From: Clostridia bacterium
GTDB taxonomy: Bacteria > Bacillota > Clostridia > Oscillospirales > CAG-382
Assembly (NCBI GenBank): GCA_017436675.1
Contig: JAFSCS010000042.1
Span: forward strand, 18,604 to 82,603
Direction of reading: 5' to 3'
Length of the DNA: 64,000 bases
In this document: in pieces, positions 61,491 to 64,000 of the stretch
Numbering within the stretch: position 1 is the first letter of the stretch
How the letters are laid out: every line of letters starts with the position of its first letter
Program-made: the position numbers and the translations under genes
Notes under the pieces: generated by a model
What the model saw: the letters and a program-made list of their open reading frames with translations, nothing else
Databases searched by the model: none
Told to the model about the DNA's origin: nothing

Positions 61491-62675
61491 ATGGAGCAAA
61501 AAATAATGAACGAAAAATTCCGTGAACAGATCGAAAACGCAACGAAGCACTACGCCCTGCTTCTTGAAGAGCAGCTTGAAAGAGCAGAGAAGATAAAAGA
61601 AATAAAAGACTTCGTCGACTATTCGAAAAAGGATAAAATAATAATCGGTGTCTGCGGCGGTGATGGCATCGGACCGAGCATCACAAGTGTTACCCACAGC
61701 GTCCTCGAGAAGCTTCTTGCCGACGAGGTAAAAGCAGGAAAGATCGAATTCCGCGTTATCGAAGGCTTGACGATCGAAAACCGTATCGCACACAATAAAG
61801 CCATCCCCGACGACGTTTTAGCTGAATTGAAGGCTTGTGATGTTATCCTCAAGGGACCGACAACAACTCCCCAAGCAGGTGACGGTAGACCGAACCTTGA
61901 GAGCGCGAACGTAGCAATGCGTAAAGCCCTCGACCTCTTTGCCAACGTTCGTCCCGTAAAAGTACCCGACCAAGGAATCGATTGGGTGTTCTTCCGCGAG
62001 AATACGGAAGGCGGCTATGCAGTCGGAAGCAAGGGCATCCACGTTAACGATGACCTCGCGATCGACTTCGTTGTAACCACAACAGAGGGAACGGAGCGTA
62101 TCGCAAGACTCGCTTTCGAATATGCAAGAAAGAATAATATCGACCGTGTTGATTTCGTAACGAAAGCAAACGTAATAAAAACGACCGATGGAAAATTCTT
62201 GAAGATCTGTAACGAGGTCGCGTCCGAGTATCCCGAGATCCACACAGAAGGCTGGTATATCGATATAATGACTGCAAAGCTCGTTGACGAAAAACGCAGA
62301 AGAGACTTCAGAGTAATGGTGCTCCCGAACCTCTACGGCGATATCCTCACCGACGAAGCAGCTGAATTCCAAGGCGGAGTAGGAACAGCCGGAAGCGCAA
62401 ATATCGGAAAAAGATACGCTATGTTCGAGGCTATCCACGGAAGTGCACCGAGAATGGTACAAGAGGGAAGAGATATCTATGCCGATCCGTGCTCAATGCT
62501 TCGTGCAGGCGTGCTCTTGCTCGACCATATCGGCTATAGCGAAAAAGCGAAAATGCTCGAAAGCGCACTCGATTACTGTATGTTCACCGACAAAAAGGTA
62601 GTGATAACAGGTCGTGACACAGGCGCGACAACTAAAGAGTTCGGCGAATACGTCCTCGCAAATATAGGAAAATAA
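61491..62675 (+). CDS. isocitrate/isopropylmalate dehydrogenase-family protein (probably NAD(P)-isocitrate dehydrogenase) with ~45-aa N-terminal extension
   Basis: Motifs: GGDGIGPSI, LKGPTTTP, ANVRP, FRENTEG, NLYGDILTDEAA, EAIHGSAP. Confidence 0.8.
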   Translation: MEQKIMNEKFREQIENATKHYALLLEEQLERAEKIKEIKDFVDYSKKDKIIIGVCGGDGIGPSITSVTHSVLEKLLADEVKAGKIEFRVIEGLTIENRIAHNKAIPDDVLAELKACDVILKGPTTTPQAGDGRPNLESANVAMRKALDLFANVRPVKVPDQGIDWVFFRENTEGGYAVGSKGIHVNDDLAIDFVVTTTEGTERIARLAFEYARKNNIDRVDFVTKANVIKTTDGKFLKICNEVASEYPEIHTEGWYIDIMTAKLVDEKRRRDFRVMVLPNLYGDILTDEAAEFQGGVGTAGSANIGKRYAMFEAIHGSAPRMVQEGRDIYADPCSMLRAGVLLLDHIGYSEKAKMLESALDYCMFTDKKVVITGRDTGATTKEFGEYVLANIGK

Positions 62676-62680
62676 TAAAA

Positions 62681-62710
62681 AATGCACTTGTGCTCTTGCA
62701 CAAGTGCATT
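62681..62710. terminator. bidirectional terminator between convergent genes
   Basis: The sequence is aatgcacttgtgc-tctt-gcacaagtgcatt (13-bp stem), with A-runs upstream and T/A-rich sequence downstream. Confidence 0.75.
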
Positions 62711-62724
62711 AATATAAGTAAAAG

Positions 62725-63438
62725 CTATTTAAGATCGATCGAGCCGTTGATAAAACGCAAAGCGCGTTCAACGGAGTCCTTGCTGTTGCCCCATGGCTCA
62801 GCATCGTAGCGATAGTCGAATTTCTTGCAAAACCAAGAAACGTCGTCCTTCAGCTCCGCCGTGTAGGAAAGCATGATCTTTTCAGCCTCCTTGACAAGCT
62901 CGTTGTATTTGTCCTTAGGAAGCTCACGCTTGGCAGTTTGTAGCAGAAGCTTGTAGTGGGGAAGACAAAAATATCTCTGCGCGTTGAATTTCGCTCTGAA
63001 TTCCTTTTCCCTCGCCCAAAGCACCGAAGCCGTCTCGAACATCTTTCCGAGCGAGAACTCTATCCTGTCGCAAACGTAACAGGAAGAACCGAGCTTTTCA
63101 AGATTGGATACGGGCTTCGCACCAATATCCTTTGCCAAAAATCCACCGAGCTCGACCTCTTTTTTGAGGCACTCAACGTGACTCTCGAGAATAAGTCCGA
63201 GCTGAAGCCGATTTTTTCGAGCGAACATCATCGAAAAATGAGTCGGGCAAAAGCCCTTCTTGTTCGTTTCAATACGTACCTCCGGCTCCATCATCGATGC
63301 ACCGAGAATGAGCTGAAGCTCGTCCTCCTGCAGCTTTTCATAAAGATGGCAAAACGGACAGTACCCCTCCATCTTGTCAAACGCTTCGTTAACGGGAATA
63401 GTATATATCGCTTCCTTCAAAAAAACACACCCTTCCAA
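62725..63438 (-). CDS. cysteine-rich protein of unknown function (DUF6062-like)
   Basis: 237 aa with the paired motifs CPFCHLY...FCPTHF and CYVCDR...FCLPHY. The start is uncertain: TTG at 63438, or TTG at 63420, which gives MKEAIYTIPVNEAF. Confidence 0.65.
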   Translation of the reverse strand: MEGCVFLKEAIYTIPVNEAFDKMEGYCPFCHLYEKLQEDELQLILGASMMEPEVRIETNKKGFCPTHFSMMFARKNRLQLGLILESHVECLKKEVELGGFLAKDIGAKPVSNLEKLGSSCYVCDRIEFSLGKMFETASVLWAREKEFRAKFNAQRYFCLPHYKLLLQTAKRELPKDKYNELVKEAEKIMLSYTAELKDDVSWFCKKFDYRYDAEPWGNSKDSVERALRFINGSIDLK

Positions 63439-63488
63439 ACGGACTATAAGAATAATATACCATATAAAAAAGGATTTTTCAAGTACTA

Positions 63489-64000
63489 ATGATAATTGAA
63501 GAAAAAAACGGCAACGTATATCTGAAAGAAGTGGCGAATTTCGACCTTGCCCAGACCTTCGATTGCGGACAATGCTTCCGCTTCAACAGAACTGACGACG
63601 GAGGCTTTTGCGGCGTCGCTTTCGGAAAATACATAAAATTGAATAGCATAAACGACGAGATCGTTTTCTATAATACGACCGCCGCCGAGCTTGAAAGCAG
63701 ATGGATCCCGTTTTTCGACCTTGAACGAGATTACGGAAAAATAATCGACTCGTTCTCCTTTGACGATCACCTGACGACAGCCGCAAAAAGCGGAAGCGGA
63801 ATAAGGATCCTTGCCCAAGATCCTTGGGAAACTCTCGTGTCGTTCATAATCAGCCAAAACAATAATATCCCGCGAATAAAAAAGATAATCGAATCACTCT
63901 GTCAGCTTTGCGGTGATAAAATAGACGAAAATATATATTCCTTTCCGTCACCGGAACGAATATTGAGCCTCGGTGTCGAAGGATTATCCCCGATAAAAAG
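63489..64000 (+). CDS. ogg: 8-oxoguanine DNA glycosylase/AP lyase (Ogg, HhH-GPD superfamily), 3'-partial
   Basis: This ORF is absent from the track because it runs off the window. It encodes MIIEEKNGNVYLKEVANFDLAQTFDCGQCFRF...GIRILAQDPWETLVSFIISQNNNIPRIKKIIESLC with no stop up to 64000. Confidence 0.8.
   Translation, partial: MIIEEKNGNVYLKEVANFDLAQTFDCGQCFRFNRTDDGGFCGVAFGKYIKLNSINDEIVFYNTTAAELESRWIPFFDLERDYGKIIDSFSFDDHLTTAAKSGSGIRILAQDPWETLVSFIISQNNNIPRIKKIIESLCQLCGDKIDENIYSFPSPERILSLGVEGLSPIK

Noticed and set aside
63486-63857. 123-aa minus-strand ORF.
   Set aside because: The opposite strand carries an uninterrupted frame from ATG 63489 to the window end with clear Ogg-type motifs (FDCGQCFRF, DPWETLVSFIISQNNNI). 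The minus ORF is the antisense artefact.

Overview
This 64-kb window looks like a chromosomal segment of a low-GC Gram-positive anaerobe. The gene set is Clostridia-like: SpoVG, DarA, PFOR/NifJ, rubrerythrin, GroESL, MurC and the MutS2-RecO-Era-YbeY-PhoH block. I call 52 protein-coding genes. Two are partial at the window edges, and two are small ORFs absent from the ORF track. I recognised no rRNA, tRNA, CRISPR array, transposase, integrase or phage gene. All family calls come from motifs read by eye; no searches were run. Housekeeping blocks are GC-richer (spot count 33/60 at 10021-10080). They are interrupted by visibly AT-richer accessory genes for secreted proteins and lipoproteins (spot count 22/60 at 38341-38400). 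Several long intergenic regions are filled with modular hairpin repeats. Main leads: (1) An AT-rich four-gene module at 36868-43856 encodes a secreted multidomain protein with a C-terminal C39-like cysteine-peptidase domain, followed by three tandem paralogous secreted/lipoproteins. (2) That module is driven by a ~230-bp promoter/structured-leader cassette that is duplicated upstream of another lipoprotein gene at 20950-21170. (3) Two families of mosaic intergenic repeats occur (E: 13760-13891, 16745-17380, 20498-20762; F: 20763-20925, 32848-33195, 43881-44123), plus a convergent array of eight GCGATAT heptamers. (4) A terminator/antiterminator leader of unknown class precedes a lipoprotein gene and a 44-aa secreted-peptide gene. 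(5) Two hydrolase homologs have lost canonical catalytic residues: a V8-like protease (His to Glu, Ser to Arg) and an M15 peptidase. (6) A DnaA-box cluster lies far from any dnaA gene. (7) Three poorly understood conserved gene pairs or giants are present: DUF1538 with a tandem P-II protein, a Zn-ribbon ABC exporter with DUF1854 and DarA, and a 2236-aa cyclic beta-1,2-glucan-synthase-like protein.
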